Assembly: GCA_949288035.1 (NCBI GenBank)
Contig: CASEIJ010000048.1
Coordinates: forward strand, 1-60,542
DNA length: 60,542 bases
Direction: 5' to 3'
DNA from: an uncultured Mycoplasmatota bacterium
GTDB taxonomy: Bacteria > Bacillota_I > Bacilli_A > RF39 > UBA660
Part shown: piece by piece, positions 9,887 through 18,687 of the stretch
Layout: each line of letters starts with the position of its first letter
Numbering within the stretch: position 1 is the stretch's first letter
Made by a program: the position numbers and the translations under genes
Notes under the pieces: model-generated
What the model was told of the DNA's origin: nothing
Database searches by the model: none
The model's input: only the letters and a program-made list of their open reading frames with translations

Positions 9887-11308
9887 ATGAAACTACCAAA
9901 TTTAATGGAAGCGAAAAAGCGTACCAATGAAAAGGTAAAAACAAAGACAAATGAATATATTGTAACCCATGAATTACAACACTTAGGAGAAGGATTATTC
10001 TACTATGTAAAGACATATGGATGTCAGATGAATGAACATGATAGTGAGAATATTAAAGCCATCTTAGAAGATATGGGATATAAAGAAGCAAATAGTATGG
10101 AAACAGCTGACCTAGTTATTTTAAATACATGTGCGATTCGTGAAAATGCGCATAATAAAGTATTTGGAATGATTGGTAGATTAAAACATAGTAAAGAAAC
10201 AAACCCTAATTTAATGATTGCTGTCTGTGGTTGTATGGCTCAAGAAGAACATGTTGTAGAAGAGATTATGAAGAAGTATAAAGCGGTTGATTTAGTATTT
10301 GGAACTCATAATATCTATCATTTACCACAACTATTACAAAAAGCTTTAGAGAAAAAAGGACAAGAAATTGAAGTGTATAGTATGGAAGGGGATGTCATTG
10401 AAAATATTCCTACCAAACGTGATAATCCATATAAAGCATGGGTAAATATTCAATATGGATGTGATAAATTCTGTACTTATTGTATTGTCCCTTATACAAG
10501 AGGAAAACAAAGAAGTAGAGAAAAAGAATATATTATCGATGAAGTAAAACAATTAGTAGAAGACGGATACTTAGAAATTACTTTATTAGGCCAAAATGTC
10601 AATGCCTATGGAAAAGATTTATATGATGATTATACCATGGCAAACTTATTAGAAGATGTTTCTAAAACAGGTATCAAACGTCTGCGTTTTGTAACAAGTC
10701 ATCCATGGGATTTTACCGATGGAATGATTGATATGATTGCGAAATATGATAATATCATGCCATATATCCATCTTCCTTTACAAAGTGGAAGTGATCGTAT
10801 CTTAAAATTAATGGGACGTCGTTATACAAAAGAATCTTATTTAGAACTATATCATAAACTAAAAGAAAGAATTCCAAACTGTTCTATTACTACAGATATC
10901 ATTGTTGGATTCCCAGGAGAAACAGAAGAAGACTTTAAAGACACATTAGAAGTTGTAAAAGAATGTAAATATGATTCAGCTTATACATTTATCTTTTCTC
11001 CTCGTATTGGAACACCAGCGGCTAAAATGAAAGATGATACCCCACTAGAAGAAAAAGAAAATAGATTATATGAATTAAATGAATTAGTGAACCAATATGC
11101 CAAAGAAACCAATGAAAGATATGTTGGTAAAACAGTGCCTGTTTTAATCGAAGGAATTAGTGGGAATAATAAAAACATGGTGATGGGATATACAGATACC
11201 CAAAAATTAGTGAATGTCAATGCGAGTAGAGAGACTATTGGAAGGATTGTTCCAGTAAAAATAACAGAAGCTAGAACGTGGAGTTTAAATGGAGAAGTGG
11301 TAGAGTAA
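9887..11308 (+). CDS. miaB: tRNA-2-methylthio-N6-dimethylallyladenosine synthase MiaB
   Basis: TYGCQMNEHDSE, NTCAIRE, radical-SAM CDKFCTYC, C-terminal TRAM domain. Confidence 0.96.
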   Translation: MKLPNLMEAKKRTNEKVKTKTNEYIVTHELQHLGEGLFYYVKTYGCQMNEHDSENIKAILEDMGYKEANSMETADLVILNTCAIRENAHNKVFGMIGRLKHSKETNPNLMIAVCGCMAQEEHVVEEIMKKYKAVDLVFGTHNIYHLPQLLQKALEKKGQEIEVYSMEGDVIENIPTKRDNPYKAWVNIQYGCDKFCTYCIVPYTRGKQRSREKEYIIDEVKQLVEDGYLEITLLGQNVNAYGKDLYDDYTMANLLEDVSKTGIKRLRFVTSHPWDFTDGMIDMIAKYDNIMPYIHLPLQSGSDRILKLMGRRYTKESYLELYHKLKERIPNCSITTDIIVGFPGETEEDFKDTLEVVKECKYDSAYTFIFSPRIGTPAAKMKDDTPLEEKENRLYELNELVNQYAKETNERYVGKTVPVLIEGISGNNKNMVMGYTDTQKLVNVNASRETIGRIVPVKITEARTWSLNGEVVE

Positions 11309-11354
11309 TCTACCTTTCTTTTTTTATATGTGTTATAATATGTTTGGTGATACT

Positions 11355-12068
11355 ATGAAAAAAATAGGATGTTTATTATTGTTTATATTATTATTTACAG
11401 CTTGTGGAACAAGCCCCAAACAAATTGTTAATGAAGCAATTGAAAAATTAGAACTCGTAGATACTTATCAAGAAACATTAACTGCTAAAGAGGAAGTAAA
11501 AGTATTAAATAAAGTAAATAAAAGAACCATTATATGGACAAAAGAAAAAGACTTAGAACATCAAGTTGAAAAAATAAATACCAAAGTAACAAAAAATAAT
11601 GAATTATTAGAACAAGAAGAATATTACTATGATGTAAAAAAAGAAACGATGTATGCCCAAGATGAAGTGACAAATGAATGGCAGAAAGAAAAAAAGAATG
11701 ATCAAGGTCTATTAGATTATTCTATTCTAACAGCGAAAGATGTAAAAGTAGAAGAGGTAAAAACAAATAAAACGGGTATTCGTAAATATAAAATAGAATT
11801 ATCAGAAGAAGATATGAAACGCTTATTTTATCGTAATATCAATGATGAATATATCAGCATGATCATCAATCAACCAGGCGTTGTTTATCTATCTATTAGT
11901 ACAACAACTGGATATTTAACACAAGTTGATATTGATTTAACAAATATTGTAGATATGCAAGATCCTGATTCTCGTTGTGAGAAAATGAAATTAGAAATGA
12001 AATATCAGGAATATAATAATTTAGATCCTATTGAAATTCCTGATTACGTTTTAAAAACGGCTCAATAA
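11355..12068 (+). CDS. Lipoprotein (LolA-like / DUF6612-like fold possible)
   Basis: MKKIGCLLLFILLFTAC lipobox; C-terminal YQEYNNLDPIEIP pattern. Confidence 0.7.
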   Translation: MKKIGCLLLFILLFTACGTSPKQIVNEAIEKLELVDTYQETLTAKEEVKVLNKVNKRTIIWTKEKDLEHQVEKINTKVTKNNELLEQEEYYYDVKKETMYAQDEVTNEWQKEKKNDQGLLDYSILTAKDVKVEEVKTNKTGIRKYKIELSEEDMKRLFYRNINDEYISMIINQPGVVYLSISTTTGYLTQVDIDLTNIVDMQDPDSRCEKMKLEMKYQEYNNLDPIEIPDYVLKTAQ

Positions 12069-12094
12069 AAGCAAGGCATGATGTCTTGCTTTTT
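12067..12094. terminator. Bidirectional intrinsic terminator between lipoprotein and yoeB
   Basis: aaaagcaaggca-tga-tgtcttgctttt. Confidence 0.7.
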
Positions 12095-12228
12095 CATAAA
12101 ATGATTATAATTAATAAAGGAATTTGATATTTAAATCCATTTCTGGTTCTAGTATGTGAATTTTCTTATGTTACTATATAGTATTACACGTTTGGAAATT
12201 TTTAAGAAGGTTAATTTCTAAAAATACA

Positions 12229-12501
12229 TTATAAATTATCATAATGAGTCCACATTCTTAAAATAAATATTTCTTTTTTATTCTCATCTATCTCATACAC
12301 TAGTCTATGCTGATAACTTATTCTTTTTGAACAAAGACCATTTAAGTTTCCTTTTAATTTTTCATATGTCGGTGGTGCTTGATAAGGATCTATTGCTATT
12401 AAATCTAGTAATTCTTTTGCTTTGCTTTCGAGTCCAGCTTGCTTTAATAATTTTTTGTCTTTATCGGCTAATTTAGAAAATATTATTTTGTATTCTACCA
12501 T
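12229..12501 (-). CDS. yoeB: Txe/YoeB family toxin
   Basis: PYQAPPTYEKLKGNLNGLCSKRISYQHRLVYEI...RMWTHY. Confidence 0.93.
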   Translation of the reverse strand: MVEYKIIFSKLADKDKKLLKQAGLESKAKELLDLIAIDPYQAPPTYEKLKGNLNGLCSKRISYQHRLVYEIDENKKEIFILRMWTHYDNL

Positions 12502-12749
12502 TCTTCACCTTTTTTATAAACAGTGCAATTATTTTTATCTTCCTTCTTGGCATCATTGATAGATTCTACAAATCCAGGTATAGAATTTAAATAAATAGTT
12601 TCTTCTATATCTCGCCAATCACTTTCCGATAACAATATAGCATTTTCACCTTTGTTGTTAATTATAGTGACTGGATTAAAACCTTTATTTACGTCAGAAA
12701 CTAATTGAAATAAATTTTGTCTAGCATTCGTTATATTTATAGTATTCAT
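12495..12749 (-). CDS. yefM: Phd/YefM family antitoxin
   Basis: NITNARQNLFQLV...ILLSESDWRDIEETIYL; overlaps toxin start. Confidence 0.92.
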   Translation of the reverse strand: MNTINITNARQNLFQLVSDVNKGFNPVTIINNKGENAILLSESDWRDIEETIYLNSIPGFVESINDAKKEDKNNCTVYKKGEEW

Positions 12750-12766
12750 ATTTTCACCTCAATTAC

Positions 12767-12795
12767 ATTATAACGTACTTTTTTATGTACGTCAT
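12767..12795 (-). promoter_or_regulatory. TA promoter with palindromic operator
   Basis: Minus strand ATGACG-17-TATAAT; inverted repeat acgtac-N8-gtacgt (12773-12792) lies over the spacer. Confidence 0.65.
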
Positions 12796-12878
12796 AACTT
12801 TTAATATTATTATATGCCAAAATAAAAAATGAATACATAAAAAACTCAAACTTTTATAAGCTTGAGTAATTATCAATC

Positions 12879-12955
<77 letters not shown>

Positions 12956-12997
12956 GTCTTGTTTTACAACAAGACAATTATACTACAGGATATCTTA

Positions 12998-13969
12998 TTA
13001 ATCAAGGGTTTTTAAAACAGTTTTACAAATTTCCTCATTTCCCACCTCAAATGAAACTTGACTTACATCATAGTTATCTTGAATCGATAGAGCAATGGTA
13101 TAGATAACTTCTTCTAGAATTGGTTCTTCTTCCAAATGACTTAATATATTTTGATTAAATTGTAGTGTTAAAGTATCTTCTTCTATATTGGCGGCTTCTA
13201 GTTTTGTGTTACTATCTAAATAACTCATGAGATTACTATGATAAACTTGACTACTAGATAATTCATCGATAATAATTTTTACTTTTTCTCTATCATCATT
13301 TACATATTTTGTGACTGGAACATAGTATTGTTCTTGATTATATTTTTTTAAGAAATATACAATTACACTTTGAATATGATCTGTATTTGCAATTTCAAAT
13401 GTTTTATTAATACCAAAATTACGATCTAGGGTAGCAGGTATATAAGTTTTTGACTTTGGTAAATAGGTGAGAGTATCACCATCCATATAAATAATGACTT
13501 GTTTTACATTCTTATTACTTGTAGCAGTAAATACGATGGCTTCGATGATTTTTTCTTCCATATCTGCTTTTACATCTAATAGATCACTAGAAAAATTGAT
13601 TTTATAGACCCCATTTTCAAAAGAACTACTAATAATTTTTGTATCACTCGGAATGATGGCTTGAAATCCATTTGGTACTTTGCTTTCATTCATTCCATCT
13701 TTTATTAATACAGATATCGCATCGGTCACTTGTCTGTTAATATCATTCTCATCTAATACACTACTGACGTATTCCGTTTTTCCTAACATACCATCTTGAT
13801 CCATTAAAAAAACAGTTTTTAAATTTTCATTTTCCGTTACATAATTGACTTCCTGTTTTATATCTTTTAATGTATAAACTGTATCTTTTGGTATCATATA
13901 AATTAAAAATAGGGCAAACAAACAGAGACTACTCACGAGAATTTTTTTGGTAATTATTTTCTTTAACAT
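12998..13969 (-). CDS. gerM: Spore germination/engulfment protein GerM
   Basis: Two GerMN repeats (IIPSDTKII...KINFS..; IVFTATSNKNVKQV; YYVPVT; IALSI..YDVSQVSFEV). Confidence 0.85.
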   Translation of the reverse strand: MLKKIITKKILVSSLCLFALFLIYMIPKDTVYTLKDIKQEVNYVTENENLKTVFLMDQDGMLGKTEYVSSVLDENDINRQVTDAISVLIKDGMNESKVPNGFQAIIPSDTKIISSSFENGVYKINFSSDLLDVKADMEEKIIEAIVFTATSNKNVKQVIIYMDGDTLTYLPKSKTYIPATLDRNFGINKTFEIANTDHIQSVIVYFLKKYNQEQYYVPVTKYVNDDREKVKIIIDELSSSQVYHSNLMSYLDSNTKLEAANIEEDTLTLQFNQNILSHLEEEPILEEVIYTIALSIQDNYDVSQVSFEVGNEEICKTVLKTLD

Positions 13970-14021
13970 AGTCCACCTCTGATAGAAGTATATGAAAAAA
14001 ATCGCTATTTCATGCGATTTT

Positions 14022-14228
14022 TTAAACAGTTATTTCGCCAAGCTTTAATAGTTCAACAATAGCACTTGCTCTTCCTTTTACACCTAATTTCTGCATCACA
14101 TTAGAAATATGATTGCGGACTGTTTTTTCGCTAATCCCCAATTTGTTTGCGATATCTTGTGTTGAATTATTTTGAATTAAAAGATCAAATACTTCTTTCT
14201 CTCGTTTGGTTAGAATACTCTTTTTCAT
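14022..14228 (-). CDS. gerE: Spore coat regulator GerE (LuxR HTH)
   Basis: LTKREKEVFDLL...ISEKTVRNHISNVMQKLGVKGR...VELLKLGE, nearly collinear with B. subtilis GerE. Confidence 0.93.
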   Translation of the reverse strand: MKKSILTKREKEVFDLLIQNNSTQDIANKLGISEKTVRNHISNVMQKLGVKGRASAIVELLKLGEITV

Positions 14229-14272
14229 AATACCTCACTTCCATACTTGGGGTGGAAATTATTTCTTCATAG

Positions 14273-14300
14273 TATTTTATGTAAAAAGAATAAAACAGTG
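14273..14300 (-). promoter_or_regulatory. Putative sigmaK promoter of gerE
   Basis: Minus strand cAC-16 nt-CATAAAATA matches the sigmaK consensus AC-N16-CATA---TA. Confidence 0.6.
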
Positions 14301-14341
14301 CGTGTCATTTATCTAAAGGAAAAGAAAAAAGACATAGGTCT

Positions 14342-14863
14342 TTATTTTTGAAATTTGACAGAGATATACATTTTCTCATCAAAACTAGATTGTACACTTC
14401 GCATAATGTTATTGGCAGTCTTTTTATCTAATTTTTCAGTATTTACAACAACACGAATCTGATCACCATCCATTTTTACAAAACTATTTAATTTAAATTC
14501 TTCTTTTATCTTTTTCTCAAGTGTTTCTTCTTTTCCACGAACAGAGTTTAATTCTTTCATTCTCTCAAAAGCATCATTTTTTTCTTCGCTTGTGGCATCT
14601 TTACTAGTCAGTACCGACTTTAATTCATCCATTTCTTTTACCATTTCATCATTGGCTTCCACACGAAGAGATGTAAGTAAATCACTTTCTTTCATGGTTA
14701 CTTTTGTTTCTTCTTTTTTATTTTTGGTATCTTTTTCTTCTACTGTAGAATTTTCTATGTTATTTCCTAAAAGTAATTCACTTGGCATAGTGATGTAGTA
14801 AATACTTAATACTAAAATTAAACTAAATAGTGTTAAAAACCAAATACTTTTTTTATTAATCAT
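14342..14863 (-). CDS. spoIIIAH: Stage III sporulation protein AH-like
   Basis: KKSIWFLTLFSLILVLSIYYI N-terminus, Lys/Glu linker, C-terminal ring-building motif (LRVE...E..LE..IK...V.V.V...L....A..I). Confidence 0.85.
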   Translation of the reverse strand: MINKKSIWFLTLFSLILVLSIYYITMPSELLLGNNIENSTVEEKDTKNKKEETKVTMKESDLLTSLRVEANDEMVKEMDELKSVLTSKDATSEEKNDAFERMKELNSVRGKEETLEKKIKEEFKLNSFVKMDGDQIRVVVNTEKLDKKTANNIMRSVQSSFDEKMYISVKFQK

Positions 14864-14936
14864 TCTATCCCTCCTGGACTTTACTAATACACTATATGTA
14901 TGTTTTGAAATAATAGAACCAAATCATTCCAATTCG

Positions 14937-14978
14937 TTAGCACTCTCTCTTGACAATTGCTAAAAAAGGTGTTATAAC
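14937..14978 (+). promoter_or_regulatory. CIRCE (HrcA) operator overlapping the htpG sigmaA promoter
   Basis: TTAGCACTC-N9-AATTGCTAA (14937-14963, 7/9 right arm) covers TTGACA(14950-55)-17-TATAAC(14973-78). Confidence 0.78.
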
Positions 14979-15007
14979 GATTATGTAAGAAAGATGGAGA
15001 TGATAAT

Positions 15008-16888
15008 ATGAAGAAAAAAGCATTTAAGTCAGAATCAAAAAGATTATTAGACTTAATGATTCATTCAATTTATACCAATAAAGATATTTTTTTAAGAGAG
15101 TTAATTTCTAATGCGAGTGATGCAATGGATAAACTTGCTTATCGTGCTCTTACAGATAAGAAAGTTAAAGTAGATAAGGATCAGTTAGAAATTTATATTG
15201 ATTACGACAAAGATAAGAGACTACTTACGATTGAAGATACTGGAATTGGAATGACAGAAGAAGAATTAGAGAAAAACTTAGGAACAATTGCTCAAAGTGG
15301 TTCTTTAAAATTTAAGGAAAATCTTTCCAAAGAAGATAAAATCGATATTATTGGACAATTTGGAGTAGGTTTTTATTCTGCCTTTATGGTAAGTGATAAA
15401 ATTGAAGTAGAAACGAAATCCATTGATAGTAAAGAAGCATATCGTTGGACTTCTAGTGGTGTAGAAGGATATCAAATAGATGCTTGTGAAAAAGAAAAGA
15501 ATGGTACCAAAATTACACTTCATATCAAAGAAGATACCGATGAAGACAATTATAGTCAGTATTTAGAAGAATATGAATTAAGAGAATTAATTAAGAAGTA
15601 TTCTGATTATATTCGTTATCCAATTAAAATGAAAGTAACAAAACAAGTATTAAAAGATAAAGAAAAAAATGAATATGAAGAAAAAGAGGAAATTGAAACA
15701 ATCAATAGTATGATCCCTCTTTGGAAGAGAAATAAAAAAGATGTCACAGAAGAAGATTATAATCATTTCTATATGGATAAATTTAATGATTTTGATAAAC
15801 CATTAAAAGTGATTTCCACTTCTGTAGAAGGATTATGTTCTTATAAGGGATTATTATTTATTCCAAGTCATGCCCCATATGATTATTATACAAAAGAATA
15901 TGAAAAAGGACTTAGTTTATATGCCAGTGGCGTATTGATTATGGAAAAGTGTTCTGATTTATTACCTGATTACTTTAGCTTTGTAAAAGGTGTTGTTGAT
16001 ACAGAAGATTTATCTTTAAATATTTCTAGAGAGATGTTACAAAAGTCAAAGAGTTTAAATTTAATTGCAAAAAATATTGAAGCTAAAATTCGTAAAGAAT
16101 TAGAAACAATGTTAAAAGAAGATCGTGAAATGTATGAATCATTCTTCCAGACATTTGGAATGCAATTAAAATATGGTGTTTATGATAACTATGGTATGAA
16201 TAAAGATAAATTACAAGATTTCATTATGTTCTATTCTTCTAAACGTAAAAAATTAATTACATTAAAAGAATATGTAGAGAAGATGAAAGAAGGTCAAGAT
16301 AAAATCTATTATGCCGCAGGTACTTCAGTTGAGAAAATAGATTCTTTACCACAAGTAGAACAAATTAAAGAAAAAGATTATGATATCTTGTATTTAACAG
16401 ATTATATTGATGAGTTTGTTTTATCAGCGATTCATGAATACGAGAAAAAGACATTTGTCAATATTGAAAAAGATGACTTAGATCTTGAAACAGAAGAAGA
16501 AAAAGAAAATACGAAGAAGATCAATAAGGAAAATACAGATTTATTAAAAGAGATGCAAAAGGTAATTCCAGAAGTAAAAGAAGTTCGATTCACGAATAAA
16601 TTAAAAACACATCCAGTTTGTTTAACAAGTGTTGGTGATATTTCAATAGAGATGCAAAAAGTATTTGCTGCAATGCCAAATACACCAAATATGAAAGCAC
16701 AAACAGTATTAGAAATTAATGAGAAACATCCAATTGCTAATAAATTAAAAGACCTTTATCAAAACGATAAAGATACGTTTAATAAGTATACCAAAATACT
16801 ATATAGTGAAGCCAAGATGATTGCGGGATTACCAATAGATAACCCAACAGAGATTTCTAATTTAATCTGTGATGTGATTGCAAAATAG
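15008..16888 (+). CDS. htpG: Chaperone HtpG (Hsp90)
   Basis: IFLRELISNASDA, DTGIGMT, IGQFGVGFYSAF, LNISREMLQ. Confidence 0.97.
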   Translation: MKKKAFKSESKRLLDLMIHSIYTNKDIFLRELISNASDAMDKLAYRALTDKKVKVDKDQLEIYIDYDKDKRLLTIEDTGIGMTEEELEKNLGTIAQSGSLKFKENLSKEDKIDIIGQFGVGFYSAFMVSDKIEVETKSIDSKEAYRWTSSGVEGYQIDACEKEKNGTKITLHIKEDTDEDNYSQYLEEYELRELIKKYSDYIRYPIKMKVTKQVLKDKEKNEYEEKEEIETINSMIPLWKRNKKDVTEEDYNHFYMDKFNDFDKPLKVISTSVEGLCSYKGLLFIPSHAPYDYYTKEYEKGLSLYASGVLIMEKCSDLLPDYFSFVKGVVDTEDLSLNISREMLQKSKSLNLIAKNIEAKIRKELETMLKEDREMYESFFQTFGMQLKYGVYDNYGMNKDKLQDFIMFYSSKRKKLITLKEYVEKMKEGQDKIYYAAGTSVEKIDSLPQVEQIKEKDYDILYLTDYIDEFVLSAIHEYEKKTFVNIEKDDLDLETEEEKENTKKINKENTDLLKEMQKVIPEVKEVRFTNKLKTHPVCLTSVGDISIEMQKVFAAMPNTPNMKAQTVLEINEKHPIANKLKDLYQNDKDTFNKYTKILYSEAKMIAGLPIDNPTEISNLICDVIAK

Positions 16889-17000
16889 AGGAATGTCCTC
16901 TATTTTTTTGTATCTAATTTCCAATAAAAACATAAAATATCATAGATGTACTATTGCACTCCAAATAAATATTTGATATAATCGAATTGTCATTTCAAAT

Positions 17001-17074
17001 GGGCTCGTAGCCAAGTGGTAAGGCATGGGACTGCAACTCCCTGATCGCTGGTTCAAATCCGGTCGGGCCCTCCA
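17001..17074 (+). tRNA. tRNA-Cys(GCA)
   Basis: GGGCTCG acceptor stem pairs with CGGGCCC; GGGA-CTGCAAC-TCCC anticodon arm; TTCAAAT T-loop; U73, CCA. Confidence 0.95.
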
Positions 17075-17119
17075 GTGAATATCAAGAAAATCTAATTTAG
17101 ATTTTCTTTTTTTATTAAG

Positions 17120-17149
17120 TTGACAAATTTCGCATGATTTGGGTATGCT
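17120..17149 (+). promoter_or_regulatory. Putative sigmaA promoter of the ubiquitin-domain gene
   Basis: TTGACA(17120-25)-18-TATGCT(17144-49), after the tRNA terminator hairpin (~17083-17108). Confidence 0.55.
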
Positions 17150-17176
17150 AAAACTAGGAAGGTAGGATGAGGTTAG

Positions 17177-18547
17177 TTGAAAAGTAGGATAGGAAATATG
17201 GTATGTTTTTTTGTTTTTACAGTTATGTTATTAATTGCGCCGTTAAAAGTAGATGCAATGCAGATATTTGTAAAAACATTAACAGGAAAACATATTACAA
17301 TTGAGGTAGAACCAACAGATAAAATAGAAACTGTAAAAGAAAAAATATATGATAAGGAAGGGATTCATCCGATTTTACAAAATTTAATTTTTGCTGGGAA
17401 AGAATTAGAAGATGGAAATACGCTACAGTATTATAGTGTACAAAAAGATAGTACATTACACTTAGTATTTAAAGATGTGCAAGTAAAATTTGGCGGACAA
17501 AGTGTTTCATTAGCGACATCAGATGATGGATTATATGTTGATGATTATGAAGATAATAAGTATACTTATAAAGGTACAAATCCAAATAACTATATCCAAT
17601 TGAATAATGAATTATGGCGTATTATTTCCATTGATACAAATGGAATGATAAAAATTATAAAAGCAAATCCATTATCAAATTCATATCAATTTGATCAAGA
17701 TAGTTTGAATCAGTGGGAAACATCTGATATAAAAGCATATTTAAATCATGAGTTTTATACGAATATGGGGGAGCAAGCAAAGAAATATATCACATCTCAT
17801 ACATGGAATATTGGAGCTGTTGAATTTGCAAATGATAATATAATCGGTCAGATTCAAAGTGAGAGTGCGATACAATCTCAAAGTGCTTATGTTGGATTTA
17901 TAACTGCAAGTGAATACTTAAGAGCCAATTCCAATCAAACAAAGTGTGATACAATGTGGACTCATAATAGTCTTGATGATTATTGTTTAAAGACCAATTG
18001 GATGCATCAGAATGAATCTTGGTGGACATTAACTCCTAATCAGGCAAATGCGGATACGGTTCTTTATGTATCAAATCTTGGGGGTATTAGTTACGGATCA
18101 GCAAATGCTACGTTGGATGTTTATCCAGTTATGTATTTAACTTCCAATGTTGTTTTATATGGGACAGGAACTGAAACCAATCCATATAAAATTGTAGATA
18201 TTCGAGTTAAAAATACAGAACATGGAGATATTCAGTACAAGGTAGATGACAATGGAGTTGTAACAATTAAAAATATACCTGAGGAAGGTTACGAGTTAGA
18301 TCAGTTGATTGTAACGGGAACAAACGGTAATATCGTGATTCATAATGATTCATTTCAATTACCAGATGATGGAATTGCCAATATATCAGCTACATTTAAA
18401 AAAATAACAAGTCAAGATATTGAAAATGAAGTAGATAATCCTAATACGAGCGATATGGGAATGATATATATGGTTTTTAGTGTGATATCATTCAGTTGTA
18501 TGTTATATGCAGGGTTACAATATAGGAAAAAGGGAAAAGTAAGATAG
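17177..18547 (+). CDS. Secreted cell-surface protein: signal peptide, eukaryote-like ubiquitin domain, DUF6273-like domain, divergent InlB B-repeat-like domain, sortase-type anchor
   Basis: Signal peptide ending VDA; [19 protein letters not shown]...STLHLV at 17258-17467; [19 protein letters not shown] central domain; NPNTSD + TM + RKKGKVR tail. Confidence 0.88.
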   Translation: MKSRIGNMVCFFVFTVMLLIAPLKVDAMQIFVKTLTGKHITIEVEPTDKIETVKEKIYDKEGIHPILQNLIFAGKELEDGNTLQYYSVQKDSTLHLVFKDVQVKFGGQSVSLATSDDGLYVDDYEDNKYTYKGTNPNNYIQLNNELWRIISIDTNGMIKIIKANPLSNSYQFDQDSLNQWETSDIKAYLNHEFYTNMGEQAKKYITSHTWNIGAVEFANDNIIGQIQSESAIQSQSAYVGFITASEYLRANSNQTKCDTMWTHNSLDDYCLKTNWMHQNESWWTLTPNQANADTVLYVSNLGGISYGSANATLDVYPVMYLTSNVVLYGTGTETNPYKIVDIRVKNTEHGDIQYKVDDNGVVTIKNIPEEGYELDQLIVTGTNGNIVIHNDSFQLPDDGIANISATFKKITSQDIENEVDNPNTSDMGMIYMVFSVISFSCMLYAGLQYRKKGKVR

Positions 18548-18687
18548 TAAATTTATTATCTTCTTTTTTTTGTTAAGTGTATGACAAAAGTGGAAAGAAT
18601 TCGACAAAATCGAAAAATTTATAGTTGCGAACTTGTCCTATTTCAAAATTTACGATATAATGTTGTAGTACCTTAGGAGGCTAAATC

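Noticed and set aside
12095-12230. attL/attR duplication of the tRNA-Arg 3' end (and likewise tRNA-Cys near 18550)
   Set aside because: No convincing repeat of either tRNA end was found by eye and no integrase is present.
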